Origin: Felis catus
Taxonomy: Eukaryota
Direction of reading: 5' to 3'
DNA length: 64,000 bases
NCBI RefSeq assembly: GCF_018350175.1
Contig: NC_058368.1
Coordinates: 158,536,001-158,600,000 of the forward strand
Within the stretch, counting starts at the first letter, position 1. Each line of letters starts with the position of its first letter. This document shows positions 1 to 14,648 of this stretch, piece by piece. A program made the position numbers and the translations under genes. The notes beneath the pieces are model-generated. The model made no database searches, was not told where the DNA came from, and saw only the letters and a list, made by a program, of their open reading frames with translations.

Positions 1-177
1 GAGAGCATGTGTAAGTGGGGTAGGGGCAGAGAGAGAGGGAGAGAGAGAGAATCCCAAGCAGATTCTGCACTTTCAGCGCAGAGCCAGATGCAGGACTCAA
101 GTTCACTAACAGTGAGGTTATGACCTGAGCCTAAATCAAGAGTCAGACGCTTACCTGACTGAGCCACCCAGGCACCC
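1..177 (-). mobile_element. CAN-SINE (SINEC), cut by the window edge
   Basis: ctgactgagccacccaggcaccc tRNA-derived head in reverse, (GA)n. Confidence 0.9.
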
Positions 178-887
178 TCTCCCAACTTTTAATGTAAGAC
201 TTCCATATGAGTTAAATTCTCAAATGTTGTTGCTGTTCTGTAGGAGAGGGAGGAAGTTTTTTTTATTCATTTCTGAAAAGCTTGAAGGAAACAAATATAC
301 TACAGAGTAGCTAGTTTTTTTAGTCTTCATGAAAGTTTAAGTAGTAAGTTTAAGGTTTAATGTTGTGAAGCCAGGGTCTGTACGGGTGATTAATGGCAAT
401 TAATGACCACCCTTCATAGTGATCATCCATCTGAAACCTTTTTAAGACCAGCTGTAGGCTACCTTTGTGGCTTCATCTCCAGCCATCTTGGACAGCCACC
501 TCCTGTCCCTGAGTATCCATCACTGTCTTTCCTTGTGCTTTCCACTCTTTCTAGAGTATACTTTCTTTGCTTCTCTACCTTTTCGAATATTCTTCATTTT
601 TTAAAATTCTCTTCAAAAGTTTGTCACCAGTTTCCATATAGTATCTCAACTGCCAGTCAGAATTTGTTTCCTATCCTTTATTTCCACTGCTTTGTTTTCA
701 ATATTAATGACATGATTTGCAGCCTGCAGGTTTCTGTTCATCATATAACCTAGGTCTCTCCCAGTTGATTGCAGATCCTTTGATGACTGGGATTATACCA
801 TGTTTATTTTAGTATCACTAGTACTTGGCAGGATACCTTGAATAGTAGGTGCTCAATAACTATTGGATGAATTTGCATTTGTTTTAG

Positions 888-1026
888 GTACTTTGCAGCA
901 ACTCAGTTTGAACCCCTGGCAGCAAGATCTGCTTTTCCTTGTTTTGATGAACCAGGATTTAAAGCCACATTTATCATCAGGATCATAAGGGATGAGCAAT
1001 ATACTGCTTTATCAAATATGCCTAAG
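888..1026 (+). CDS. LNPEP: LNPEP coding exon (~exon 3): [46 protein letters not shown]
   Basis: ttttag|G acceptor, AAG|gtac donor, 139 bp; M1 family TQFE...[11 protein letters not shown] motif. Confidence 0.96.
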
Positions 1027-1900
1027 GTACTGTTCTGTTCCTTAATGTAAAACCTTTGAGTGGGTCTCTTTCTTTGTTATAAATATTTGAATTCCTCTTT
1101 GTGATACTGTTGAGAATGAGTCAAATCATGTATATTCTTATCCTTTCTTAAAATGCTTAAATAGAAGTTAAAATATATGTTAGAATTAATAGAGAAGTCA
1201 GCTCAAGGAGCACTTGAAGAAAGAGTAAGGCCTGCTCGATATGCAATGTGTGGGCAGGAAATATGAAGTATGTGCTGTATATGAAAGGTATGCAAATACT
1301 AATACTATATGAACTAGTACTAAAAATCACAGTGATGTTTTCTGAGACTTGATGAATTTGCTGTTCTAAATAGTGGTGCATGATAATGTTGAATCATTGA
1401 CCTTGGTGTTTTATTGGTTATTGAAAAATCAGTATTCTAACGTGGAGGCTTAACAAGAACGTGAACCTCTTTCTTGGATGTAAATTCTGTGTGGGAGGCA
1501 ATGGGGACAAAACCAAGCAGAATTGTTTTTATGCTAGACAGAACTTAGGGTTTTTTTTTTTTTTTCATGACACCTGAGTGGCCATGTGGAATCTGATGGG
1601 AGCCTCTCAGAACCCATGTGGCTAGGGGAGAGGAGTAGCTACGTCTAACAGACTGTGGAGTCAACCTTTGTAGGCAGGCGAGGATGTGATCTGTCCTTCA
1701 ATAGGGACATCACTTCAGCAGTTCCAGTCCTAGCCCTACTCTTCACCTTAATCTTCCTCTAAAGGAGGTGAGATGCCTTAATTCATGGTCAGAAAATCTT
1801 GGAAGGCTTCTCTAATCTTGTGTCTACTACATACTGCATAGTGACTTACCACCTTTGATCCCACTAAGCCTTCTTGGGGTCATCACCATGGTACTTTAAA

Positions 1901-2112
1901 TTTTTTTTTAATGTTTATTTTTGAGACAGAGACAGAGCATGAGTGGGGGAGGGGCAGAGAGAGAGGGGCAGAGGGAGACACAGAATCCGAAGCAGGCTCC
2001 AGTCTCTGAGCTGCCAGCACAGATCCCAATCATGTCATGATCTCACAAACCGTGAGATCATGACCTGAGCCAAAGTTGGACGCTCAACCAACTGAGCCAC
2101 CCAGGGCACCCC
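1901..2112 (-). mobile_element. CAN-SINE (SINEC_Fc-like)
   Basis: TSD CATGGTACTTTAAA at 1887-1900 and 2115-2128. Confidence 0.92.
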
Positions 2113-2354
2113 AACATGGTACTTTAAAAGCTGTTTCAGGTCTTTCAGAGGAATATTCTAACTGTAGCTCCTTCTTCTGTGTTTGTAGCAGTAGAGTGGA
2201 ACGCTCCTATGTCATAAGGAAGGATTTTGGTTTTGGTGGTATTTTAAAAGGAAGAAACAGAACCACTGTTATTTACCTTCTCTAAGTTATGTTTATTTAA
2301 AACCATCTTTTGAAACTAAAAATTCCTTAAAGATTTTTACTGTATTCAGTGTAT

Positions 2355-2573
2355 TTTTTTCTTTTTTCTTTTAGAGAGAGAGAGAGAGAGAGAGCAAGCA
2401 GGGGAGAGAGCCAGAGAGAGGGAGGGAGAGAGAGAGGGAGAGAGAGAATCTTAAGCAGGCTCCACACTTACTGCCAAGCCTGACACAGGGCTCTATCCCA
2501 CAACCCTAAGGTCATGACCTGAGGTGAGATCAAGAGTTGGACGCTCAACAAACTGAACTACCCAGGCACCCCT
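2355..2573 (-). mobile_element. CAN-SINE
   Basis: (GA)n plus aatcttaagcaggctccacac...cccaggcacccc. Confidence 0.9.
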
Positions 2574-2786
2574 ACTCAGTATATTTTCATGATAAGCGAT
2601 GATAGAACAGAATGAGAGTAAGGGTCATTCTCTGTTTGGAGAAAGAGTCATGTTCTCTTATGCTGAGAAATTAAAATATGTCAACATCTTCACTACTCAT
2701 TTCGTATTTGAATTTTTAATTTCTTAGTTTGTTAAGTCATTTATTACCATAATTACAGAACTGTTATCTTTTCCCATTGCTTGTAG

Positions 2787-2918
2787 AATTCATCAATCAT
2801 TATGGAAGATGGACTTGTTCAGGATGAGTTTTCTGAGAGTGTGAAAATGAGCACTTACCTGGTTGCATTCATTGTTGGGGAGATGAAGAACCTGAGTCAG
2901 GACGTAAATGGAACCCTG
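2787..2918 (+). CDS. LNPEP: LNPEP coding exon (~exon 4): NSSIIMEDGLVQDEFSESVKMSTYLVAFIVGEMKNLSQDVNGTL
   Basis: ttgtag| acceptor, CTG|gtatgt donor, 132 bp; MSTYLVAF motif. Confidence 0.96.
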
Positions 2919-3167
2919 GTATGTTGTTTTGGTAATTGTCTCAAAAGCCTGTTTCATAAGAGGTTAAAAAGAATTCTTTGATGATTTCTGGAAATGGAAA
3001 ACAAGCTTTTGGATCACAACTCTGACATTTTATGCCAGAAATGTTACTTTTTGCTTATATTTAGTTTTGTTAATTGAATACCTAAAAGTCAATAATATTC
3101 AAGTTTTCTTTAATTATGTTTCTAAAAGAGAATTCCAGTAAGACAATATATGTATAACAAAGATTCT

Positions 3168-3236
3168 ATAACTGTGCTGTACAATATGGTGGTTATTGGC
3201 TTTATGTGGTTTTTAACATTTAAATTAATTAAAATT
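3168..3236 (+). mobile_element. MER3/MER33-like hAT-Charlie element, left part (split by L1)
   Basis: ctgtgctgtacaatatggtggttattggctttatgtgg...aaattaattaaaatt resembles the recalled MER3 5' end. Confidence 0.65.
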
Positions 3237-4889
3237 AGATGACAGCATCATGGTTGAATAAGGTATCCCTCATTCATGTCCTCCCAAGCCAGCAACAATA
3301 ATTTGACATCCAGCCATGGACAAAAATGCCTTTGTGGAAGCTGTGGGATCCAGCACTGAATGCCAAATGATCTGGGAGGCCTCTTTTGCACCTATGCACC
3401 AGGTGCTAGGCATACAGACCTTGGTCCTGGCTGTGGGCCCTGTGAAACATCTCTAGCCCTCTTGGCTATGGTGTGGGAGCACCTGAAAATACTGTCTTAG
3501 ACAGTAACACCTGGAGAAAATAGCCTTTGTGGAAGTCCACATTTCTAGCCAAAAAGTTCAGCACTCTGTTGGAGAAAAAAAGAAATACAAGTTTGGATGC
3601 ATCAGTGAGGGCAGTTAGGTAAGACTGGAGGAGGTGACTGCCATGTCAAATGTGAAGACATTAACACAAAACTTCAAAGAACATGAAAAGTCCAGAAAAT
3701 ATGACAACACCAAAGGATCACAAACATCTTCCAGTAAACAATCTCAAAGACATGGAGATCTGCAATTTTCCCATTAAAGAACTCAAAATAACTGTTTTAA
3801 GGAAACTTAATGAACTACAAGAAAACACAAAAAGACAATTCAGTGGAATCAAGAAACAATACATGAACAAAATGAGAAGTTTTAACAAAGAAATCATAAA
3901 AAGAAACTAAACAAATTCAGGGGCTGAAAAATGCAATGAATGGAATGAAAAAAAAAAGAGCACTAAAGAACATCAACATCAGAATGGATCAAGCAGGCGA
4001 AGAATTTGTGAGTTAGAAGACAGGAAAGTTGGTATTATCCATCCAGAGAACAAATAAAAATGTAAGAAAAGAATGAAGCAAGCCTATGTGATTTATGGGA
4101 CACCATCAAAGAAACAATTTGTGAATTACTGGAGTTCCAGAAGAAGAACAGAGGAAGAAAGGGGCAGAAAGCTTATTCAAAGAAGTAACGGCTGACAGCT
4201 ACCCAAATGTGGGGAGAAATTTGAATAATCAAGTTCATGAAACTCACAAGTTACTGAACAAACAGCTTGAAGAGGTTTCTTCTGAGACATGTTATAATAA
4301 AACTGTCAAAAATCAGAGAATCTTAAAAGCAGCAAAAGGAAAGAAGTTTGTAACTTACAAGGGATAAGTCTGTCAGTGGATTTCTCAGCAGAAACCTTAG
4401 CAACCAGAAGGGAGTCAGATGAATTAAAGTGCTGAAAGAAACAACTGCCAATCAAAAAATACTCTTGCCTGACAAGGTTTTCCTACAGAAATGAAGGAGA
4501 GATAAAGACTTTCCTAGACAAAAGTTGAGGGAGTTCTTTCCCCCTTAAAAAATGCTGAAAGGAGTGCTTCCAGGTGAAATGAAAGGACACTACTTAGTAA
4601 TATGAAAATATGTGAAAATACACAGCACAGTGGTAAAGGTAAGTATATAGCCAAATTCAGAATACTCTTAATACTATAATATGGTGGTGTGTATGCATCC
4701 TGTAGAATGCATAAAAAGCAGTTCCAAGAGTGATGTTTAAAGCAGTAAATGCCTATATTAAGAAAAAAGAAAGATCTCAAATAAACAACCCGACCTTATA
4801 CCTCAAGGAAATCGAAAAAGAACAAACTAAACCCAAAGTTAGCAGAAGGAAGGAAATAACAAAGATGAGAGCAGAAATAAGTAAAAGAG

Positions 4890-5095
4890 AGGAACACCTG
4901 GGCGGCTCAGTGAGTTAAGCCTTCAACTCTTGGTTTTATTTCAAGTCATGAGGTAATAGTTTTTGAGTTTGAGCCCGTGCTGGGTACTTCACTGACAGCT
5001 CAGATTCTGCTTGGAATTCTCTCTCCCTCTCTACCCCGCCTTCATTCGTGCCCCCTCTCTCTCCAAAATAAACTTTAAAAATTAAAAAAAAAAAG
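4890..5095 (+). mobile_element. CAN-SINE nested in L1
   Basis: cacctgggcggctcagtgagttaagc...aataaac plus A-tail. Confidence 0.85.
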
Positions 5096-5893
5096 ATACC
5101 AGGAAAAACAATAGAAAATATCAATGAAACTAGAGCTGGGTTTTGTTTTGTTTTGAAAGATAAACAACGATAACAGACCGTTAGCTGGACTAAGAAAAAA
5201 TAAGAGTCAAATCAGAAATGAAAGAGACAATTCTGTTGATACCACAGAAATATAAAGGAACATAAGAGACTACTATGAACAATTATAGGCCAACAAATTG
5301 GGTAACCTAGAAGAAATTGATAAATTCCTAGAAACATACAACCTAGCAAGAATGAATCATGAAGACATTAAAAAATCTGATCAATATTGAGTAAAGAGAT
5401 AGAATCAGTAACCAAAAACCTTCCAACAAAGAAAGCCCAGGATCAGATGATTTCTCTGGTGAATTCTACCAAACATTAAAGAAAAATTAATTCCAATCCT
5501 CAAGCACTCTGAAAAATTGAAAAGGAGGGAATACTGCCAGATTTGTTTTATGAGGTTCACATTCCCCTCCTATTAAAGCCAGATAAGGACATTACCAGAA
5601 AAGAAAACTATAGGCCAATGTCCCTGATGAATATAGATGCAGTAGATGTCTCTGCATAAAATCCTTAATAAAATGTTAACAAGTTGAATTCAACAGCACA
5701 TTAAAAAGATCATACACCATGATCAAGAGGGCTTTATCACTGGGATACAAAGATGGTTCAACATATGCAAATCAGTAAATGTGATACATCATATTAATAG
5801 AATGAAAGATAAATAGCACATGATCATCTCAATAGCTACAGAAAAAAGCATTTGACAAAGTATAACTTACTTTCCTGATAAAAACTGTAAACA

Positions 5894-6102
5894 GGGGCCC
5901 CTAGGTGGCTCAGTCAATTAAGTGTCTGACTTTGGCTCAGGTCATGATCTCATGGGTCATGAATTTGAGCCCCACATTGTGCTCTGTGCTGACTGACAGC
6001 TCAGAGCCTGTTTAGGATTCATTCTCTCTCTCTCTCCCTGTCTTCCTCCCTCCCTCCTTCCCTCCCCGCCCCCCCCAAAATGAATAAACATAAAAAAAAA
6101 AA
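5894..6102 (+). mobile_element. CAN-SINE nested in L1
   Basis: ggggcccctaggtggctcagtc...aataaacat plus A-tail. Confidence 0.88.
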
Positions 6103-8430
6103 CCCTAACAAATTAGGTATAGAAGGGCATACTTCAACAAAATAAAGGTCATATATGACAAGTCCACAGTTAACATCATACTCAACAGTGAAAGATTGAA
6201 AGCCTTTCTCTTAAGATCAGGAACAAGAAAAGGGGCCTACTTTCACCACTCTTAATTAAAATAGTACTTGAAATCTTAGCTTGTGCACTTAGGCAAGTAA
6301 AAAGAAATAGAAGGCATCCAAATCGGAATGGAAGAAGTGAAATTGTCTTTGTTTGCAAATGATATGATCTTATGTATACAAAATCCTAAAGACTCCACCA
6401 AAAAACTTTTAAAACTAATCAGTGAATTTAGTAAAGTTGCAGGATACAAAATCAGCATACAGAAGCCAGTTGCATTACTATACACTAACAATGAAATATC
6501 TGAAAAAGAAATAAAGTTATCCCATTCTCAATAGCATCAAAAACAATAAAATGCTTAGGAATAAATTTAACCAAGGAGGTGAAAGATCCGTATAGTAAAA
6601 ACTATAAGATTTTGATGAACAAAATTGAAGAAGACACACATAAATGGAAAGGTATCTGATGTTCATGGATCAGAAATATTAATATTATTAAAATGTCCAT
6701 ACTAAAAGCCATTTGTAGAGTCAGTGCAATTCCTATAAAAATTTCAATGGTATTTTTCACCGAAATAGAAAAAAATACTAAAATTTGTGTGGAACTACAG
6801 AAGACATTGAATAACCAGAGCAATCTTGAGAAGCAACAAAGCTAGAGATATGACATTTCCAAATTTCAAACTGTACTACAAAGCTATACTAATCAAAACA
6901 GTATGTATACTAATTAAGAGAGTATGATGCTAGAATAAAAATAGGCACATAGACCAAGGAACAGAATTATGAGCCCAGAGGAAAAAAATGCATGAATAGG
7001 CAACTAATATTTGACAAGGGAGCCAGGAATATGTGATGGAGAAAGGATTATCTTCATTATAATGGTGCTGGGAAAATTGGATAATCATATGTATAAGAAT
7101 AAATTGGACGCTTATCTTACACCACTCACAAAAATTAACTAAACATTTTAAACACTTTAATGTAAGGTCTGAAACTGTAAGGCTCCAAGAAGAAAAGATA
7201 GGAAAGGAGCTCCTTGACATTGGTCTTGGTAATGATTTCTTGTATATGACACCAAAAGTACAAGCAACAAATGCAAAAATTAGTTAGTGGGACTACATCA
7301 AACTAAAGAGCTTCTGCACAGAAAAAAAATCAAAAAATGCAAAGGCAACCTAAAGAATGGGAGCAAGTATTTGCAAATCATATATCTATTAAGGGATTAA
7401 TATCCACAATATATATAAGGAACTCATATGACTCATTAGCAAAAAGATATATAAGCAGTCTGATTTAAAAATAGAAGAACTGAACAGACATTTCCCCAAA
7501 GAAGACATACAAGTGGCTATACAAGTACGTGAAAAGGTACTCAACATCACCAATCATAAGGGAAATAAAAATCAAAACCTCAATGAGATATCCCACACCT
7601 GTTAGAATGACTGTCATTAAAAAGACTAGAGTTAACAAGTGTTGGTGAAGATGTGGAGAAAAGGGAACCTTGTGCACTCTTGGTGGGATATAAAGTGATA
7701 AAGCCACTGTGGAAAACAGTATGAAGTTTCCTCAAAAAAATAAAAATAGAACTACCGTATGATCCAGCAATCCCACTTATAGATATATAGTTGAAGGAAA
7801 TGTAATCCACATCTCAAAGAGATATCTGACTCCCATGTCAGTTGTAGGATTATTCATAATAGTCAAAATATGGAAACAGCCTAAGTGTCTGTCTGAAGAT
7901 GAATGGATAAAGAAGGTGTGGTATAAATTACTGTGGATTATTATTCAGCCATGAGAAAGAAGGAAATCCTGACACTTGCAACAACATGGATGGACCATGA
8001 GGGCATTATGTGAAATGACTAAGTCAGAGAAAGACAAAGACTATATATATTATCTCACTTAGATGAGGAATCTAAGAAAGCTGAACTCTTAGACACTAGA
8101 ATGGTGGTTGCCAGGATCTGAGGGTTGGGCAAAATAGGGAAATGTTGGTCAAAGGGTGTAAACTTGGAATTTTAAGAGAAGTTTGGGAATCTGGTGGATA
8201 GCATGGTGATTGTAGTTAATAATACTGTATTATATGTTTGAAAGCTGCTAAGAGAGTGGATCTTGGAAGTTCTCACTACAAAAAAGAAATGGTAATTATG
8301 TGAGATGATAGATGTGTTAACTAATATTACTGTGGTAATCATTTCACAATATATAAATGTATCAAAGCAACACATTGCACACCCTAAACTTTCACAGTTA
8401 TATTAATTATATTATTAAAGCTGCAAAAAA

Positions 8431-8566
8431 ATTAATTCAAATTTAAATTCACTTTCTCAGTCCCAGTAACCATTTTTGGTGTTCTTACAGCTAGTGGTTA
8501 CCATACTGGATTTTACAGATACTGAATATTCTCATCAATTCAGAAAATTTTATTGGGCCACACTAA
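8431..8566 (+). mobile_element. MER3/MER33-like element, right part
   Basis: aaattcactttctcagtc...gctagtggttaccatactgga...cagaaaattttattgggccacact continues the MER3 pattern. Confidence 0.65.
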
Positions 8567-10290
8567 ATCTAAAACATTATGAATACTAAAGAGATAGTGT
8601 AAAAATGTAGTTAGAAGAAAAATTTCATGTTTTAGAATTAATTTAGTCTTCCTTTTTAAAAAGCAAGTCTAGATTGAGTTTTCTTCATCTTATTGAGTAA
8701 GATTGTTTAAGGGTCTTGTGTATCTGTAATTCATAAAAATTTATTCTAATTATGATCCTCTGCTTTTCTTTGTCATTAGTCCATGTATATAAGTGTTTAT
8801 TTGTTTAGATTTTATGCTTGGGTTTCACAGTAAAGACCTAGTTAGCAAATACTTTCATATAGCAAACAATATAGGAGAAAAGAGTCTTTTTCAAGAAGCT
8901 AAAAGGGATTATTCTTCCATGATAGAAATATAATTATTTATTTATTCTTCCTTATTTTGATCACCCCAGGGAATATTTTATGCCCATTGAACAGGTTCAG
9001 TAGGATTTGGTTTACCTTTCTAGACTGAAGAGCTTTATTTTGATCACAGTATAGATTTTGCTAATTAAAAAGGATATACTCCTTTTGTTACAAAAGATTA
9101 TCATGTCTCCTCCATAATGCTTAGAGGCAAAGGCAGAGATAAGGATTATCTGGCTTTTCACCAACAATAATACTATATGCCATTATGCTCAACAGTAAAG
9201 AATGGACAACTATTGATGAGGTTTAAATGTCCAAGGGTAAGTGTAGTCTACATAGTGACTAAGTGCTCAAATAATTTACTTACCTTTGGCTTGAAAGAGG
9301 TTTTTTTCAGGTCTAAACCAAAAAATTTTTCAGAGTCCGTTGAAAAGGATATTGAGAGTGGTTTAAATTTGATAAAATTCAATTAATTTTCTTCAAGTGT
9401 TGCACCACAGATTTAGCCGTTGATTCACATGTTGCAGCCTGGATAAATCTAAAAGGCTCAATCTAGGAGAGTCAGATTTGCTTCAAGACCCAGCTGACTA
9501 CCATCCTCTCCTTGAAGCAGCTCATTCTTTCCCCAGCTGGGATTAATCATTCCCTCTGCGATCTTTCATAGCACTTGAATTACATCTCTGTTGTAGTTAT
9601 CACACTCTTTGATATAAAACCCCCAGCACTTTTTATTGTATCCCAAAATGTATCCAGTCTTGGCTTTTTCTTTCCCCTGTGCCCCTCCCGCTCTCCCTCC
9701 TTCTTCCTGCCTATAGGATTACATTCAAGTTCATCAGTGTGATATTCGGGATGCCCTTACAAATCCATCTGTATTTCTAATTGCTCCAGTATGGATTCTT
9801 CTGTATAGCCAAGCTGAATTATTCACTGCTTAAATGCTCAGGTTTATAACTTAATTCTCACATAAAGAGAGGAGGATGGGGAAAAGGGAGAGAGAGGGAA
9901 AGAGATTGATTGAGACTGAGATTGAGAGAGAGGAATTTGGGGTGGCTGTTTTTTTCTTTTTCTTTTAATTTACATGTATTAGGAAGCAGCATGGTTAAAC
10001 ATGGACTCTGGAGTCCCACTTCTACAGCTTACTAGAATGTACTCTTGGGCAGATTACTCTGTAATCCTGTCTAAACCTTACCTTCTACAAATTTAGTACT
10101 GTCTCGCCTATATTAGCCTGCCCTCTCAAGGATTCAACTGTAAACTTTTTGTAAAGCATTTAGTACCTGGTAGATAGTAATACACACACACACACACACA
10201 CACATACAAATTACACTCTTTTTTATCCATTTGCAAACATATTTTGAACTTTCTTTCATGTCTGTAAATATAAAATATAAGTTAAAAAAA

Positions 10291-10500
10291 TCTTTTTTTA
10301 CATTTTATTTATTTTTGATAGACAGAGGCAGAGCACAAGTGGGGGAGGGGCAGAGAGAGAGGGAGACACAGAATCTGAAGCAGGCTCCAGGCTCCGAGCT
10401 GTCAGCACAGAGCCCAGCTCGGGACTCGGACTCACAAACCACGGGATCATGACCTGAGCTGAAGTCGGACGCTAAACCGACTGAGCTACCCAGGCACCCC
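10291..10500 (-). mobile_element. CAN-SINE (SINEC_Fc-like)
   Basis: gagacacagaatctgaagcaggctccaggctccgagctgtcagc. Confidence 0.92.
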
Positions 10501-12803
10501 TAAAATACAACTTTTAATGCTACCTAACACCCACGTATTTCAAAATGCATTTTGGAAAAATTAATGTTATACAAATAAACAATCGTTTTATTAATTTTCT
10601 CTCTTTTTATTAGGATGAGGGAAGAATCTAACATGCATGGAGCTATGCATTAATATATGCGTTAATCCCATATTGTTGATGAAGAAATAGTGTGTCAGAG
10701 AGGTTAAGTAACTGGCCCAAGATTACATAGTAAGTGATAGGATTGTACTGTCCACTGCAATATGCTGTTGCTCACACCAAATGACATAAACAACTTCTGT
10801 ATACACGGTGGCCAGAAATTTAGGCTTGAAATCTAACACAAGATTTGTGTCACACTAAAATGTTGTAATCTTTAGGATGGATGCTGTTTTGTAGTATTTG
10901 ACATTTCATAAGATTCACAAGGCCTATTTCACAAGATTCAGGAATAAGGCAGTAGGGCTTTACTAATGTCCGTCTCACCAAACAACTAAAAATGTCACAG
11001 TCGACTGTAGATTATTAAACAAGCCCTCTTTAGTGATAAAGACTACTATGTTGTTGAAGTTTTTTCTAAAAAGAGGAACATTTGTTTTTATCATTTATGT
11101 CTATTCTTCAGTGTTCCTTACCCTCTGTGTTCAGTAATGCCAGAATTACCTAAAAATTTCTAGGCTGGTTTTAAAAGACTCTGCTTTGTTTATCTTGAAG
11201 TTTTTGTTTTGTTTTTGCCATTGCCTGATGTTGTTTTTCACCATAGACAGGTCTAATCTGTAGAATCAGAGTGTAGCGGTGGTTAGATGGATGTGGATAC
11301 CATGCCTATCTAACATTCAAACAGAACCTTCAATGGTATTATCCAGGTGAAGTTACAATTTTGATTTATTCATATTCAGTCAGGAACATGACCTAGTTAT
11401 GAGTTACCACGAACAACATCTACCTCAAGTATCTCTTCACCAGGCAAGGACGTTGTATGTAATTTACATTATTCTCCTAAAGTCCCATCTCATTATTTAT
11501 TCTGAATAGACTTGAGACTGGTATGTGTGTGTGGGTTTTTTTGTGTGTGTGTTTGTTTTGTTTTATTTCATTTTGTTTTCTTTTAGGAATTTATACTTTT
11601 GTGTGTGAAGCTTTCTGTTTAGGAAAGCTCGTGTTTTTCAGGAAGCTTAATATCAAAATTCTAGTATTTTCTGTATTTATAAATCTTGCAGGCCATGTTG
11701 TCCTTTTTTGGGGGTGAGGTTTTATTCTATTTTCTTCTTTTATCTAGGTTTTTCTTTTTACTAAATTAAGAAATAGATTAAGTTAAACTTAATAAATCTT
11801 CAGTCTTAACCCTTTTCTTTGATATTTGGTCAAGGATCTTTACAGTTGTGTCTTTTAGAAATCTCCCCAAGGTCTTAGCAAGAAATCTTGCAAGAAAAGT
11901 TTTAACTTGTAAGTGTTACAGTCTGAGTGACAGTTGACTTCTATTTAACAGTGTTTAGAGTTCTCTTATCAAGCCCAGAATACTGGTCAATACACTTGAT
12001 TTTTTGTTGAACTAGGTTGTTTTCTCTGTTTCTTAATGCTTCTGTTGCTCTTAAAACAAGCTGGACAATAATTGTAATGACCAGATTATTTATCTCTAGT
12101 GAGAACTCATAGTATGTCTTCTTTTGAGGGGTGGGGGGAAGAAGAAGAAGTAGAAGGAAAGAGCAAATATAATGACCTTTTTCCTAGTCATTGTATTCCA
12201 GAAATGGAATCCATAGGTCAGGTTCCATTTTCATGTGAACTTTTGCTCTTCCTTTACTTTTCCTCTAAGGGAAGGTGCTTTCACACACATTTGGGAGTGG
12301 CCAAATGGTATATATGGCAGAAAGATGTTGAAGGAGGGAATCTGGGGGTTTATGGGTGGTGTTTCCATTGGGATAGCATCTCCTAGGTGTTTGAATTAAC
12401 TATAACATAAAAATACATATGTTTGGAAAGAATGGCAGAGATAATAAGGATTTGTCTCAAATTCCTAGTGATCTTGGTATAGTTATTTACAGTGGTAGAG
12501 AGTATAAAAAGAATATGTCAGGCTTCCCCCTGCCCCCGCCGCCCCGTAACATTGACTTCAGAGGGGGAAAGATGCAGGAAGTACCCACATCATCAAGAGA
12601 AGCTGGTAGTTCCTTTGGCAGGCCAAGGGATGCAGGTGGTATGGTGGCCTCTTGATATGGGAGAATTAAATTTCTTCATAGTTATTTAGAAATCAACATA
12701 GTTTTAATTTACTAACTCCAGTCCTAGATGCTTTATCTTCTAGTAACTATTGCCACAAATGCTCCTCTACTCACACATATTTTGCTCTATTTCTTTTGGG
12801 ACG

Positions 12804-13127
<324 letters not shown>

Positions 13128-13134
13128 AGGACTG

Positions 13135-13352
13135 ATAGTAATTAGCATGTACTGAACATTTATATCATGCCATGCACTAGTCTAAGTTCTTTATATTATT
13201 TAGCTCATTTAATTTTCACAGGAACCCAGGGAGGGTAAGGAGCTACTTTTATCACCTTTTTACAGATAAGGAAATTGAGGTTAACCAACCTGCTCAAGGT
13301 CACACAACTATCAGAGATTTGAACCCAGCACTCTAACTACAGAGCCTTTACC
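13135..13352. mobile_element. MIR-like ancient SINE
   Basis: ttttacagataaggaaattgagg...gctcaaggtcacacaacta...gatttgaacccag. Confidence 0.7.
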
Positions 13353-14648
13353 CTTAATTTTGTTTTTTGTTTACTTAAAAAATTTTTTGTGTTACATTTA
13401 ATTTTTATGCCATGTTACCTCCATGTTTTTGTGATTAATGATATGTTCTATAGACTAAAGCCCTACATTAAGACAATTATGATTGATATCTAGTTCACCT
13501 TTTAGAAATTATTGACAGTTTTTCAGTCCTTTAATGAAAGAAGTAAATTTAATTTGGAGTTAGAGTTCATCAGTGCATTTTTGTCCAAGTGATGAATTGT
13601 TCAGTAAATCTCCATTTCCCACCTTTTCAGATTTTTTTTTTGAAATTTTTATTTTCTGCTATGTCTTGCCCATATATCATATTCCCAGGTGAGTATGGAG
13701 ATTTTTTCAATCAATTGAAAAACAATATATATTGCTTTTTAAAACCCATTGCTTTTAACATAATTGCTTAAATTTTGCCTTTTGATACTTACTGAACAAG
13801 ATGTTTACAGTTAGTTGCAGCTTATGTGTTTAACATGCATTTAGTCAGAAAAGGAAAGCAAGAATAAAAATTTAAATAATGTTGGGGATTGTCTCTGCCT
13901 TCCCCTTTAGTGAGCATGTATCCTGGAATGAATGGGCAATGTGAATATGAATCTATTATCCCTAAGTTGGTTTTAGTTACTGTGTACAACTCACTGAATG
14001 ATTCTGTGGGTATGATTATTTTTTTTATACAACATGATCCATGAAAACAAGCCAACAACTGGAAAAAAGGAAGCAGTCCCAAGGTTGGAAGAAAATCTGG
14101 CTGTGTCATACTTACTAAAAGAGAATGCATTGGTCTGTAATAGGTTTTTCCAGGGTAATTTCAACAAATGCGCAATTTCTGCCTTGTGTGTTTACTTTAG
14201 AACTAACTCCTTTATGTGACTCCTTTGTATGGGTGTCTGTTTGATGCCAGGTTCTGTAATAGGTGCTAGAAAGATGAGAATTTGTTTTGTCCTTCAAATA
14301 ATTTGGTCTGATGGCTCATAGGTAAGGAAGGACAACTTGAGGTAATGGAGAAGATAAGTATAAAATTAATAGTTTGAGACTGTTCTGTTGAGAATGTTCT
14401 GTTAACCTAAACAAATAAGAAACAAAACCAGTAAGTTTTTGAACATTGTTCTATGTGTGGAAGTAACTAGCTAAATTCTCCAGGGGAGAAAAGAATTAGA
14501 AGCAAGAGTTCCTGTCCTGTAATATCTCATAGAGCTCTTTGCAATTCTCATATTTGTGTCATGGTATTTATCTGAATATCATACCATTTTAGTTCCACCT
14601 GTCTTTATGTTATATGATATATATACATTTATGTATGTTTTCTTTTAG

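Larger units (their letters stand above)
3237..8430 (+). mobile_element. Old LINE-1 (L1MA9/L1_Carn-like 3' end), internally deleted and degenerate, sense to LNPEP
   Basis: ORF1 remnants ~3680-4600; ORF2 remnants ~4715-8070 ([21 protein letters not shown] motif); 3' UTR and A-tail ~8425; imperfect TSD AAATTAATT(A/C)AAATT at 3222-3236 and 8429-8443. Confidence 0.9.

Noticed and set aside
403..753. 116-aa ORF and the other short intronic or intergenic ORFs
   Set aside because: No recognisable domain or splice context; expected by chance, or opposite-strand shadows of exons and repeats
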